Under the pieces are notes generated by a model that did no database searches, was not told where the DNA came from, and saw only the letters and a program-made list of their open reading frames with translations. A DNA stretch of 64,000 nucleotides from Rebecca billardiae RCC1528 (lineage: Eukaryota; Protista; Haptophyta): assembly GCA_965240325.2 (NCBI GenBank), contig OZ251226.1, positions 1,612,001-1,676,000 on the forward strand, written 5' to 3'. The translations under genes were made by a program, and so were the position numbers. Positions 23,836-35,700 of the stretch are shown here, piece after piece. The first letter of the stretch is position 1. Each line of letters starts with the position of its first letter.

Positions 23836-26800
23836 ATGAAGGCGTTCCTCCTGCTCCTTCTCCACGTGCCTGTGGTGGCATCGCTCGCCCTCGGCCATCC
23901 TCACGGGCGCATCTTGCACCTCGCACACCTCGCTCCCACCGAGTCGAACTGCACGTGCATCTCCGAGTGCGAGCCGTGCGAGCTGCGCGCCGACGTGCAT
24001 GACGGCTCGCAATGCCCCTCGGGGCGCAGCTGGTGCCGGACGGAAGGGGCGCATGGCTATACAGCCGCCAGCGACGAGTCCGGTTGCGGAATCGCCGCGG
24101 ATGCGTCGTGGTGGTGGGACGTGTGCGTCGACCTGCCGAATCGCACCGTCTACGAGCCGCAGGGTGTGCTCGAGCGCCAGGCGTACACCTCGGCGCACGA
24201 GCTCGTCAGCGGTGGCGACATGGCGTACTACGCGCTGGCAGCTACGTTGCCGTACTGCGTCTCGAGCGACTCCAAGGCGTACCCCGGGCAAAGCTGTGGA
24301 GCCCAATGGGAGTTGCGCCCCACTCTCGACGACATCGCCAGCGTGGACAATTGGACGTGCGTCGCGTGCTCCCTCCTGCCAAACGTGACTCTGGTCCGGC
24401 GGAGGTGCGCACGGCAAGCTGACCTCACGGTGGTGGTCATGTACGACGCAGCCAAGCACGCCGTGACGGTGGCATTCCAAGGGACGGACAAGTACTCGCG
24501 GACGAACTGGTGGAACAACCTCGACCTCGCTCCCGAGCACCCTTGGCGCGGTCTCGGCGACGACTGGGACTCCGTGTGGGTGCATCGCGGCTTCTTTGAG
24601 GAGTACTCGGAGCTCCAAGGGATGGTCTACGACGCGCTTGCGCACGTCAACGACGAGATCCTGGCCGCGCACGACGAGCCCGCGAGCTTGGCCGTCGTTG
24701 GTCACTCCAAAGGCGGTGCAGTGGCAACCCTTGCCGCCTTCGACCTGGCCAGCATGTGGGACCTCGGCCTGGCTGCCCAGTACGGCAACGGGACGAGCGC
24801 CACGCCCGCGTGCTCGGGCGTGCTGCCGTGCGCGTACGCAATGCCTCGCAACGCTGGCAGCCTGCGCCACATGACGCCGTGGAACCTCCATCGACCATTC
24901 GTCGTCACCTTCGCCCAACCTCGAGTGGGAGGGGTGGCATTTGGCGACTTCTACGGCAGGCTTGTGACAGAGCACTATCGCTTTGTCAACCAGTACGACA
25001 TCGCGGTGGCCACGCCCCCCTTGACGGGCAGTCTTGGGTACTTCCATGTGCCATCTGTGGCGGTGCACTTTCCTGCAGTGCGCGGCGACGCGGACGTCCT
25101 CGGTCAAGACGTGTGTGGGCCTTCTGACTATGCGGTGTGTGATGTGCGCGACGCGGGTGTGGAGGACGCCGCGTGCCAGGCATCCTGCACTGTGTGCGAC
25201 CCGACCTACGCCGGCCACGGCAAGTTCTGCGGCGTGGAGCATTTGATCGGCAATGCCAAGTACTGCACGGGGGGCACCTCGGAGACGTCGCAGCCGGGCG
25301 AGACGCTGACGCCAGCGGATGGGGCCGAGGACGACGACGATGGCGACGATGGTGACGGCGGCCGCGACGGTGACGGGCCATCTGCCGACGACGACGCGGG
25401 AAGCGCGCAGAGCATCTGGACCGCGCCTCTCATCGCTGGCCTCTCCGTCGGAGCAGCTGCCATCGTCGGCGTCGGCGTCGCAGCCACACTGAGGCTAAAA
25501 TCAGTGCACAGAGGTTGCTGGCGCGGCCGCGGCGACCCTCACCTCGTCATGGACGGTATCCGCATCGAAGCGACAACGCCCGCGGGTGCGCCACGGGTGC
25601 GGCGCATGTCAACTCGAGAGCGATTGGCGGCGCTCCTCCGGCGCACCAGATTGGTGGCGCTCTCCCGGCGCAGGCGCGCGTCGCGCAGGGAGGGCGAGCC
25701 GCCTCGGGAGAAGCCGATGCTCGCCAAGAAGTTGAGAGCCGAGATTGCCGCGCACCGGGCTGCGCACATCATCCAGCCCGAGCGGGCCGTCACGCACTTT
25801 TGGTGCTGGGAGCGCGTGTGGGTGGTGCGCCACGTCGTGCGCGCCTTCTTCGTGTCCGATCTCTCTGCCCACCGCTGGCGCGACGTGCGCTTCTACGACG
25901 AGCGCGCCAAGGCCATCCCGCACGCCGAGCCCTCTGAGGCGAGCAACTACACGGCCTGGCGGTACTCCGTGATGGTCACCATCCTGCTCCTGCTGCTTTC
26001 GAGCTCGGGCATCGTCATCCTCGCCTCCCTCGCCACGGGCGTGCAGGACGCAGGGGACCCGCTCGCCATTGGCTCGAGCCAGAACACGCTCGAGACCGCG
26101 TGCGGCGCGGTGCGCTTCGAGCCCTCGCCCTCCATCGATGCGTCCGTCATCATACGGAGCGAGCTGCAGGACTTTGGCGACGAGCGGTGTGCGAAGGAGT
26201 GCGACGAGTTGCCCGCCATCGCGTCGTCCGTCCTCGAGGCCGCTGCGGACGCCGTCACGTCCGAGGTCGCCGCGGCTGAAGTGTCGCTCGGAGCTGGCGT
26301 CACTGCCTCGTGCGCGGGGCGCACTGCCAATGCCAGCGAAACGGCGTATGCCGCCACGCTCGAGGCCACTGGCTCCGCGGTGGCTGCGGAGGCGGCTGCA
26401 AACAGCACACGTGACGCGATCCTGCGCGTCTGCGCCGACACGCGCGCAGAGGCGCAGCTCACTGCCAATGCCCTCGGCGCAGTCGCCCAAGGCGCCATCA
26501 ACGGCGCCGCCGCTGAGCTCGGGGTTGGCTACGACGCTGCCTCTCGCGGCCTCGCTGCGCGGTGCACGGAGCTCTGCTCGGAGGCGTTGCGTACTCTCCT
26601 TGGGTCCGTCTGCAAGCACGTGCCCACCGATGCCGAGCTCTCGGCAACGCTTGAGGTTGACGACCTTGTGCGAAGGGCGGCACTCGGCGCTGTGCGCACC
26701 GTTGCGCAAACGGCTTGCGGCCAGCGCAAGTTGTACACGACGTCCAGGGCGGCGGACTGCCTCATGGCGCGTTGGCGCCTGGGCATGGCTGTGGGCACTG

Positions 26801-27999
26801 CCGTGGCCAAGATGCTGGCCTTTCTGCTCGTCGTCTGCGCTCTCGCCGCTGGCCGCGTGTGGCTCCGCTCCCAGCGCTTCCTGCTCGCCGGCTTCGCCCT
26901 CAACGCTGTCGCTCCAGTAGTCCTGACCGCAGTGCCGTGGTTCTCCGCGCTCGGCATCCAGGACGTGATCGAGGACGAGATGCGAGGTTCGCTTTCGGCT
27001 CCGGTGATCTCCTGGCGCTACCGCCTGGAGATTGCGTCCAGCTCCATGCGCAGCGTGCTCCCCATCTTGCTCGCGTCGTTCCCCGCCATGCTGCGCGCAT
27101 CGCACGTGTGGAAGTCCATCGCTCCGCACTCCTCCATGTGGGGTTGGGTCATCTGGGTGATCCCCGTGGTGCATTTCGCGGTGGTCTTTGGAGGCCTCCT
27201 CTTCCCCATGCACACGGTGGGGGATGCGTGGTTTGGCGGCGCCACCGTCACCTTCTCGAGTGCCTTGGTCGGGTACATGCTCATCGCGCATGTGGTGAAT
27301 GCGAGTCGCGAGCCAGGCGCCTACCGCGCGACCAAGGCCTTTGCGGGCGCAGCGCTGTTGAAGCAGGGCTGTAAGGTCGCGACCGTGGCTTTCTTCGGCC
27401 TCTGGGCATATCACGCCGTGCTGGGCGTCTGGCTGTCGGTGACGCAGCCGCTCACCAACCAGCCGCGCGAAGAGCTCGTGGAGGAGCTCAACGAGCACCT
27501 CACTGAAGAGGGCCTCGAGTACATGCGCTCGCACTGGGCCAACGTGGCCTCCTTCATCCTCGACATTCTCTCCGCCGCCCTCCTCGCACAACTTGCGTGC
27601 GCAGATGGGTTGGCCAACCTTGCCGTCCAGCTGCGGACGGTGGACGGCTACCTCGCGCACTCACATGCAGTGCGCAGAGACCCAGAGGCTGAACTCACGG
27701 CAGCCGACGCTGCCGGCAACGGCGGCGCGACAAACCAGGAGCCTGCACTGTACGACGATGGCCTGTACGACGAGGGCATCGAGTCGATCCACGCAATGGT
27801 CGAGGATGAGCTCCAGGTGCTGCTGGAGCAACGACAGGCGCGACGCGACGCGATGCAGCAGGCGCTCTCGCAGGACCGGCAACCTGGGCAGGCGATGCCG
27901 CCGACAGGCGTGAGGCGCTTCTCCACCGCAGTGGCGCACCTTTTTGTCTCGCATCCCGACGTCAATGCCCAGACGAAGCCAATAAATCACAAATGTTAG
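23836..27999 (+). CDS. Signal peptide + Cys-rich + class-3 lipase + TM + multi-pass membrane domain protein, copy 1 (~1387 aa)
   Basis: MKAFLLLLLH signal; VAFQGT, VHRGF, VVGHSKGGAVA (GxSxG), TFAQPRVG, RFVNQYDIAVATPP; several C-terminal hydrophobic helices; intronless. Confidence 0.85.
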   Translation: MKAFLLLLLHVPVVASLALGHPHGRILHLAHLAPTESNCTCISECEPCELRADVHDGSQCPSGRSWCRTEGAHGYTAASDESGCGIAADASWWWDVCVDLPNRTVYEPQGVLERQAYTSAHELVSGGDMAYYALAATLPYCVSSDSKAYPGQSCGAQWELRPTLDDIASVDNWTCVACSLLPNVTLVRRRCARQADLTVVVMYDAAKHAVTVAFQGTDKYSRTNWWNNLDLAPEHPWRGLGDDWDSVWVHRGFFEEYSELQGMVYDALAHVNDEILAAHDEPASLAVVGHSKGGAVATLAAFDLASMWDLGLAAQYGNGTSATPACSGVLPCAYAMPRNAGSLRHMTPWNLHRPFVVTFAQPRVGGVAFGDFYGRLVTEHYRFVNQYDIAVATPPLTGSLGYFHVPSVAVHFPAVRGDADVLGQDVCGPSDYAVCDVRDAGVEDAACQASCTVCDPTYAGHGKFCGVEHLIGNAKYCTGGTSETSQPGETLTPADGAEDDDDGDDGDGGRDGDGPSADDDAGSAQSIWTAPLIAGLSVGAAAIVGVGVAATLRLKSVHRGCWRGRGDPHLVMDGIRIEATTPAGAPRVRRMSTRERLAALLRRTRLVALSRRRRASRREGEPPREKPMLAKKLRAEIAAHRAAHIIQPERAVTHFWCWERVWVVRHVVRAFFVSDLSAHRWRDVRFYDERAKAIPHAEPSEASNYTAWRYSVMVTILLLLLSSSGIVILASLATGVQDAGDPLAIGSSQNTLETACGAVRFEPSPSIDASVIIRSELQDFGDERCAKECDELPAIASSVLEAAADAVTSEVAAAEVSLGAGVTASCAGRTANASETAYAATLEATGSAVAAEAAANSTRDAILRVCADTRAEAQLTANALGAVAQGAINGAAAELGVGYDAASRGLAARCTELCSEALRTLLGSVCKHVPTDAELSATLEVDDLVRRAALGAVRTVAQTACGQRKLYTTSRAADCLMARWRLGMAVGTAVAKMLAFLLVVCALAAGRVWLRSQRFLLAGFALNAVAPVVLTAVPWFSALGIQDVIEDEMRGSLSAPVISWRYRLEIASSSMRSVLPILLASFPAMLRASHVWKSIAPHSSMWGWVIWVIPVVHFAVVFGGLLFPMHTVGDAWFGGATVTFSSALVGYMLIAHVVNASREPGAYRATKAFAGAALLKQGCKVATVAFFGLWAYHAVLGVWLSVTQPLTNQPREELVEELNEHLTEEGLEYMRSHWANVASFILDILSAALLAQLACADGLANLAVQLRTVDGYLAHSHAVRRDPEAELTAADAAGNGGATNQEPALYDDGLYDEGIESIHAMVEDELQVLLEQRQARRDAMQQALSQDRQPGQAMPPTGVRRFSTAVAHLFVSHPDVNAQTKPINHKC

Positions 28000-28046
28000 C
28001 ATTGATGATGCTGATGACGCGAGTCGCATCATCCAGCCAAGTCTAG

Positions 28047-28192
<146 letters not shown>

Positions 28193-28209
28193 TTATTACT
28201 ACTACTATA

Positions 28210-29045
28210 CAGGGGTCTCAACTGAATAATATATATATTAGCTGTATCTCTGTTAATTTATTCAGTGCCGCTGGCGGCTGGACAGGCATCTGAACACTTG
28301 ATTGCCTGGCTAGATGTGGTCTAGCACAGCCCACTCCCTGATGGCCATTCTGACGAGTGGGTGGCTGCTTGGCCAGCTCTCCATGCTGGGCTGTGGTGCC
28401 ATCCAGAGTGCGCATGTGCAGCAGCCCAGGACCAGGTGGGTGCAGCGAGGGGTGCGGCAGGCAGCAGTGGGTGGTCAGCTTGAAAATCCATGCAGGCCAG
28501 CCACCAGCAGCTAGCTGCTAGGCTGCATGAGCTCTTGGCTGCACCAGCCCCACTCCAGCCCCCTCAAGTCGGGTGGCTGGCCACCCTCGGGGTGTGTCAG
28601 CGGGTGCTGCTGCTGGCCTCCCAGTGCAGGGGAGCTGACCCGACAGGTCCTTGCGCAGGTGGGGGCGCGGGATTGGGCACTGTGCCACAGCAGCTGCATC
28701 CCATGAGCTCCCCCCCATGTGGCATGCAGCCCTCCCTAGGGGGTACCAGATCCGATCTGAGATCCACTGCCAAGCACAATTTAGGCCTGGTCTGTGTGGG
28801 CACACGGCCCGCGACCAGTGACGACAAGCCTGCTGCAGGATCTGGCCAGCTGCGACAGGCTGTACGCCTGCAGCCGTGTGACCTGCTGGTGTGCCCAACT
28901 CCAGCCCACGCGCGCTGGGGCTGACGCGTTGGGTCGAAACCGTCGTGCACGGGCCGTGGGGGCCGCCTGGATCAGCCCAGGGGGGCAGGGTGAGCAGTGG
29001 CGTGCAGCTCAGTCAGAATGTGACGTTTAATTGTTGAGACCCCTG
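28210..29045. mobile_element. MITE / non-autonomous DNA transposon (836 bp, 13-bp TIR, TA flanks; Tc1/mariner-like)
   Basis: TA|CAGGGGTCTCAAC ... GTTGAGACCCCTG|TA; no transposase ORF; no 8-bp TSD. Confidence 0.8.
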
Positions 29046-29065
29046 TATACTGCGCTGGCGGAATG

Positions 29066-30860
29066 ATGGCCCGCGGTGCAGGGCGGAGCGCGCAGCGTGG
29101 AGCCCGCTCCGTGGGCCCTAACCACGTTTCAAAAAGATCTTTGATCAAGAAAAAAGGGACGGGGGGCGATTTTCAAGGCTGGAAGAGACCGAGTTTCGAA
29201 TTTTGAGACCGCAAAGAGACATCGACTAGCGAGAAATGGACGCGCCCACGACTTCAGATAAGCAAAGCGGGAGTGACGCCCGTCCAAAAAACTTCACGCC
29301 CTTTAGGATCCCTAACGTAACGAACCGTTACAAGCGATTTTTTCCAAGCAATGAGATTGCCGCAAGGTCAAGGAGCGACGACGACGTATCTAGATAGCCC
29401 GGCATTTACTTGTGTGCTGGACTGCCGCTTCAGTGGCGCGGGTTCTGATCAATCACCCAGGGCCCGGTCTGGTCATAAATGAGCCCGCCGTTTATGACGA
29501 CCCATTCATGTACATGTATGAACAATAATGGGTCATTAGACCGCGTCGTATCTTAAAAAACCGCTTCACGTTGGACCGCGTCGTATCAATGCTCGTAAAT
29601 GAAATTCTATTCTACCGCTTCACGTAGTAACCCTGGTGATGATCATAGATTATTGAAGATGCTCGCGTCGAGTCGTCGCGCCCCCCCCCCCCCGTCACAC
29701 GCAAAACAAAAGAGGTGGGCCCGATCGCACGTGGGGGGCGATGGCAAGCAGCACCTCGACCGGCGACGCCGACCAGGACTACGTTCGCCGCGTATTGAAC
29801 GCGCTGCTCGACTCGAGGACGGTGACGCGGGTGAACAACACCACGTTCCAGAGCACCGCTGCCGCCATCTCCGTCGCCAGGCACAAGCAGACCATCCCCG
29901 GCGCCGCCAGCGAGTACGGCGTGTCAACAAAAGCGATCAAGAAGCTCCTTGGCCAGGTCCGCGAGGTGCTGGCGGCGGAGGGCGCACTCGGCAGCGGTGG
30001 CGCTGCGCGGTTGATCACCGACTTCACCACGCGCCCCGCAGGCCAGCTCCCTCCCTCCTCCTCACCCGGCCCAAGAGCTGGCAGCCGCTTCGAGGCACTC
30101 GCCGCGCTCGACGGGGAAATGCCCGCTGCAGACAGAGCAAGCACAACCACAGCGGGGGCGCCCGGCCGGCTCGCTCAGCCTGCTGGGCACGCTCAACCTA
30201 GGCGTCACGTGCTACCTCGGCTCGCTGCTGGCTGCGCTGCTCGCGTGCCCTTCCATCGTCTCGCTCGCCACATCTGCCGCGGCGGAGCAGTGCACCAACC
30301 CCATCGTGTCCAGCATGCGCTCGCTGGCGCTCGCGCATGTCAACTGCGAGTGGCCCAGCGAGGTGGGGCCGACGCGTAGCTTGCTCGAGCCGCTCCACGA
30401 CGCGATCGCGGAGGTCTGTCGGTGGACAACGGCGTTTGGGCAGCAGCAGCAGGACGCGTGCGAGGTGCTGTACAAAATCATGGAGGCCCTGGCTGGCTGC
30501 GACGAGGCGTGCTCGTACCTTGGCTTGCTCGAGTGCCTCGGTCAGTTGGCGAGCGAGCAGCCCTCGCAGCAGCAGCGCGTGCCGACGCCGACAATCTCGC
30601 AGCAGCAGCGCGTGCCGACGATCTCAGTCGGCCATGACTTCGACTGTACACAATCGGCGCCGCGCCGGCGGCTGCGATGGGCCCGCCCGGCCGCGCGGCG
30701 GCCGGGTGGCGGCGCGCCGCTGGAGAGTCTACTCGCTGCCGGGCTCGCGGCCGGGCGGGCCCACTCTCGATCGCGACGGAGGGTGCGACGGAGGGTGCAC
30801 CGCCACCGCGGGCCCCGAACTACGTTCGTTCTACGGAAAAGGACCGCGGAACGCGGTCAT
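29066..30860 (+). mobile_element. Same Helitron2/Helentron-like family, copy C (HTH-USP cargo)
   Basis: Both termini intact; near-identical to copy A. Confidence 0.75.
29741..30650 (+). pseudogene. HTH-like + truncated USP ORF inside element C
   Basis: 4-bp CAGA duplication at ~30130 shifts the frame; downstream frame gives NLGVTCY..FGQQQQDACEVL. Confidence 0.65.
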
Positions 30861-30867
30861 AATAAGG

Positions 30868-32705
30868 GTGACGCCCGTCCGTCCAAAAAAAGTCACGCCC
30901 TTTATTTAGGATGCTTAACGTAGCAGTAACGAACCGTTACGAGCGATTTGTTTTGGCACCAATGAGATTGCCGCAAGGTCAAGGAGCGACGACGTAGCGA
31001 GCCGGTACAGTAAATGATTACTAGGGTGCTGAACTGGCTTCGGCCGCCGGTTCTGATCACCCACTACCCAGCCGCAGGGCCCGGTCTGATCATAAATGAG
31101 CCCGTTTATTGATATGACCCATTGATGTATGAATAATGGGTCATGGGACCGCGTCGTATCATAATCGATGCTCGTAAATGAGCCATTGAAATATTCTATT
31201 TCTACCGCGCGCTTCACGTAGTAACCCTGCCTGATGATCATAAATGCTCATCGCGTCGAGTCGTCGCGCACGCGGCGGCCCCGTCACGATTGGCCCCGAA
31301 GTGTGGTGCAGGCCCGATCGCGAGCACGTGCCGTGGGCGGGCAAGCAGCACCTCGACCGGCGACGCCGACCAGGACTACGTTCGCCGCGTATTGAAGGCG
31401 CTGCTCGACTCGGGGACGGTCACGCGGTTGAACAACAACGGAACACGTTCCAGAGCACCGCTGCCGCCATCTGTCATGCCATCTCCGTCGCCAGGCACAA
31501 GCAGACCACCCCCTGCGCCGCGAGCGAGTACGGTGTGTCGACAAGTCGGCGATCAAGAAGCTCCTTGGCCAGGTCCGCAAGGTGGGAGGGCGCACTCCAC
31601 AGCGGCGGCGCGACTCGACTGATCACGGACTTCACCGCGCGCCCAGCAGCCCAGCCCCCTCCCTCATCCTCACTCACTCAGTGACTCACCCGGCCCTGCA
31701 GCCGGCAGCCGCTTCGAGGCCGGCCTTGCCCAGCTCGAGGGGGAAATGCCGGCAGAGCAAGCACAGCCGCAGCGGGGACGCCCGGCCGGCTCGCTTAGCA
31801 TGCTGGGCACGCGCAACCTAGGCGTCACGTGCTACCTCGGCTCGCTGCTGGCGGCGCTGCTCGCGTGCACTTCCATCGTCTTGCTGGAAGCTGCGCGCAT
31901 CGTGAGAGCTTGCAGCTTGCGTGCACTTCTGATGTAGGCGGTGTGGCTGCGTGCGCGATCCTTCTGCACTCGCCACTTAGAGCTGCTCCAGACCCTGCCT
32001 GCGCCTCGCGGGCCTCGCCACCGGTGCCCCCTCTTCTAAATCCTTGTCCACGTCCATGAGATTGAGATCAGCGGCACCGTGAGCACGCGCATCCGTGCAC
32101 GCGCTTGCGGCCGATGCGGCGATGGCGCGGGTAGCTCCTCGGGTCAAGGGCGTTTGGCTGAGCTCCTCGGGTCAAGGGCGTTTGGCTGGAGCTGCATACA
32201 CGAATATTGGCACGGTTCTGCCCGATCCCAACGCTAATGCGGCGCGCTTGCCGAAGGCAGCAGCATTGACTGATGCCTTCTGCCTCGTTTGGCTAACCTT
32301 GCGCAAGGCCGCGCACTCACGCGACACGCTGCCCGTGCCAGCGCGCGCGCGGGCTTGGCTTCTTGGTGGGCACCTGCTAGCTAGGTTTTCCGGCGGCGTT
32401 CATCATCGTGTGTCCGAGTAGCACGCCGAAGGCCGAGTGTCTGGTTGGCTCATCACTGGCAGCGCTAAAGCCTATAAAGCTCGGGCGGCTCCCTGCCGTG
32501 TCACGTGTCACTCGGCGGGCACCGGTCTGCGGCGACTGGAATCACGGATGACGGCGGATCAGATCAGTCAGACTAGTGATTCGGCCGGACCGTGGGCGTA
32601 GCGGAGTCTGTCAGCCTGGCAGGCGACGGTGAGTACGTCAACTGCGACGGAGTGCACGGCCACCGCGGGCCCCCAACTGCGTTGTTTCTGACGGAATGCG
32701 ATCAT
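30868..32705 (+). mobile_element. Older, 5'-truncated family member, copy E
   Basis: Begins in family internal sequence (GTGACGCCCGTCC..); degenerate HTH-USP to ~31880; degenerate 3' end CACCGCGGGCCCCCAACTGCG...CGGAATGCGATCAT. Confidence 0.65.
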
Positions 32706-32770
32706 AATTTGGATTCGTTCTGAACGATGAGCGCGTTGACAACGTTGTGATGCCAGGACGGCGAAGCGCC

Positions 32771-35700
32771 TCATGTCGCCTGTCGGCCAGCCCGTCTGTC
32801 CGGGAAGAGGTGGGCCTGCGTGTGCCAATGTGCGTGTGCGTGGTGCATCGCGTGGCGTCGCGCCTGTCGTCGCTCCAGCAGCAGGTGCAGCTCATCCTCG
32901 ACCATCGCGTGGATCGACTCGATGCCCTCGTCGTACAGGCCGTCGTCGTACAGTGAGTCACTGCGCACTGTATGTGTGTGCGCGAGGTAGCCGTCCACCG
33001 TCCGCAACTCGACGGCAAGGTTGGCCAACCCGTCTGCGCACGCAAGTTGTGCGAGGAGGGCGGCGGAGAGAATGTCGAGGATGAAGGAGGCCACGTCGGC
33101 CCAGTGCGAGCGCATGTACTCGAGGCCCTCTTCAGTGAGGTGCTCGTTGAGCTCCTCCACAAGCTCTTCGCGCGGCTGGTTGGTGAGCGGCTGCGTCACC
33201 GACAGCCAGACGCCCAGCACGGCGTGATATGCCCAGAGGCCGAAGAAAGCCACGGTCGCGACCTTACAGCCCTGCTTCAACAGCGCTGCGCCCGCAAAGG
33301 CCTTGGTCGCGCGGTAGGCGCCTGGCTCGCGACTCGCATTCACCACATGCGCGATGAGCATGTACCCGACCAAGGCACTCGAGAAGGTGACGGTGGCGCC
33401 GCCAAACCACGCATCCCCCACCGTGTGCATGGGGAAGAGGAGGCCTCCAAAGACCACCGCGAAATGCACCACGGGGATCACCCAGATGACCCAACCCCAC
33501 ACGGAAGAGTGCGGCACGATGGACTTCCACACGTGCGACGCGCGCAGCATGGCGGGGAACGACGCGAGCAAGATGGGGAGCACGCTGCGCATGGAGCTGG
33601 ACGCAATCTCCAGGCGGTAGCGCCAGGAGATCACCGGAGCCGAAAGCGAACCTCGCATCTCGTCCTCGATCACGTCCTGGATGCCGAGCGCGGAGAACCA
33701 CGGCACTGCGGTCAGGACTACTGGAGCGACAGCGTTGAGGGCGAAGCCGGCGAGCAGGAAGCGCTGGGAGCGGAGCCACACGCGGCCAGCGGCGAGAGCG
33801 CAGACGACGAGCAGAAAGGCCAGCATCTTGGCCACGGCAGTGCCCACAGCCATGCCCAGGCGCCAACGCGCCATGAGGCAGTCCGCCGCCCTGGACGTCG
33901 TGTACAACTTGCGCTGGCCGCAAGCCGTTTGCGCAACGGTGCGCACAGCGCCGAGCACCGCCAAGCGCGTGAGGTCGTCAGCCTCAAGCGTTGCCGAGAG
34001 CTCGGCATCGGTGGGCACGTGCTTGCAGACGGACCCAAGGAGAGTGCGCAACGCCTCCGAGCAGCGCTCCGTGCACCGCGCAGCGAGGCCGCGAGAGGCA
34101 GCGTCGTAGCCAACCCCGAGCTCAGCGGCGGCGCCGTTGATGGCGCCTTGGGCGACTGCGCCGAGGGCATTGGCAGTGAGCTGCGCCTCTGCGCGCGTGT
34201 CGGCGCAGACGAGCATGATCGCGTCACGTGTGCTGTTTGCAGCCGCCTCCGCAGCCACCGCGGAGCCAGTGGCCTCGAGCGTGGCGGCATACGCCGTTTC
34301 GCTGGCATTGGCAGTGCGCCCCGCGCACGAGGCAGTGACGCCAGCTCCGAGCGACACTTCAGCCGCGGCGACCTCGGACGTGACGGCGTCCGCAGCGGCC
34401 TCGAGGACGGACGACGCGATGGCGGGCAACTCGTCGCACTCCTTCGCACACCGCTCGTCGCCAAAGTCCTGCAGCTCGCTCCGTATGATGACGGATACAT
34501 CGATGGAGGGCGAGGGCTCGTAGCGCTCCGCGCCGCACGCGGTCTCGAGCGTGTTCTGGCTCGAGCCAATGGCGAGCGGGTCCCCTGCGTCCTGCATGCT
34601 GCCAGTGGCGAGAGAGGCGAGGGTGACGATGCTCGAGCTCGAAAGCAGCAGGAGCAGGATGGTGACCATCACGGAGTACCGCCAGGCCGTGTAGTTGCTC
34701 GCCTCAGAGGGCTCGGCGTGCGGGATGGCCTTGGCGCGCTCGTCGTAGAAGCGCACGTCGCGCCAGCGGTGGGCAGAGAGATCGGACACGAAGAAGGCGC
34801 GCACGACGTGGCGCACCACCCACACGCGCTCCCAGCACCAAACGTGCGTGACGGTCCGTTCGGGCTGGATGATGTGCGCAGCCTGATGCGCGATCATCGC
34901 TGCTCTCAACTTCTTGGCGATCATCGGCTTCTCCCGAGGCGGCCCGCCCGCCCTGTGCGCCGCGCGCCGCGAATTGGTGCGCCGAATGAGCGCCACCAAC
35001 CGTTCTCCAGTGGACATGCGTCGCACCACCTTTCGTGCACCCGCGGGGTGTGCTGTCTCGATGCGGATACCGCCCAGGACGAGGTGAGGGTCGCCGCGGC
35101 CGCGCCAGCAACGTCTGCGCACTGATTCGAGCCTCAGTGTGGCTGCGACGCCGACGCCGACGATGGCAGCTGCTCCGACGGAGAGGCCGGCGATGAGAGG
35201 CGCGGTCCAGATGCTCTGCGCGCTTCCCGCGTCGTCGTCGGCAGACGGCCCGTCACCGTCGCGGCCGCCGTCACCATCGTCGCCATCGTCGTCGTCCTCG
35301 GCCCCATCCGCTGGCGTCAGCGTCTCGCCCGGCTGCGACGTCTCCGAGGTGCCCCCCGTGCAGTACTTGGCATTGCCGATCAAATGCTCCACGCCGCAGA
35401 ACTTGCCGTGGCCGGCGTAGGTCGGGTCGCACGCAGTGCAGGATGCCTGGCACGCGGCGTCCTCCACACCCGCGTCGCGCACATCACACACCGCGTAGTC
35501 AGAAGGCCCACACACGTCTTGACCGAGCACGTCCGCGTCGCCGCGCACGGCAGGAAAGTGCACCGCCACAGATGGCACATGGAAGTACCCAAGGCTGCCC
35601 GTGAAGGGGGGCGTGGCCACCACGAGGTCGTACTGGTTGACAAACCGATAGTGCTCTGTCACAAGCCTGCCGTAGAAGTCGCCAAATGCCACCCCGCCCA

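Noticed and set aside
29066-30860. Elements as solo LTRs (TG...CA ends) or classical TIR transposons
   Set aside because: No 4-6 bp TSD, middles differ between copies, and the best inverted repeat is asymmetric and subterminal; a 2-bp AT TSD cannot be fully excluded
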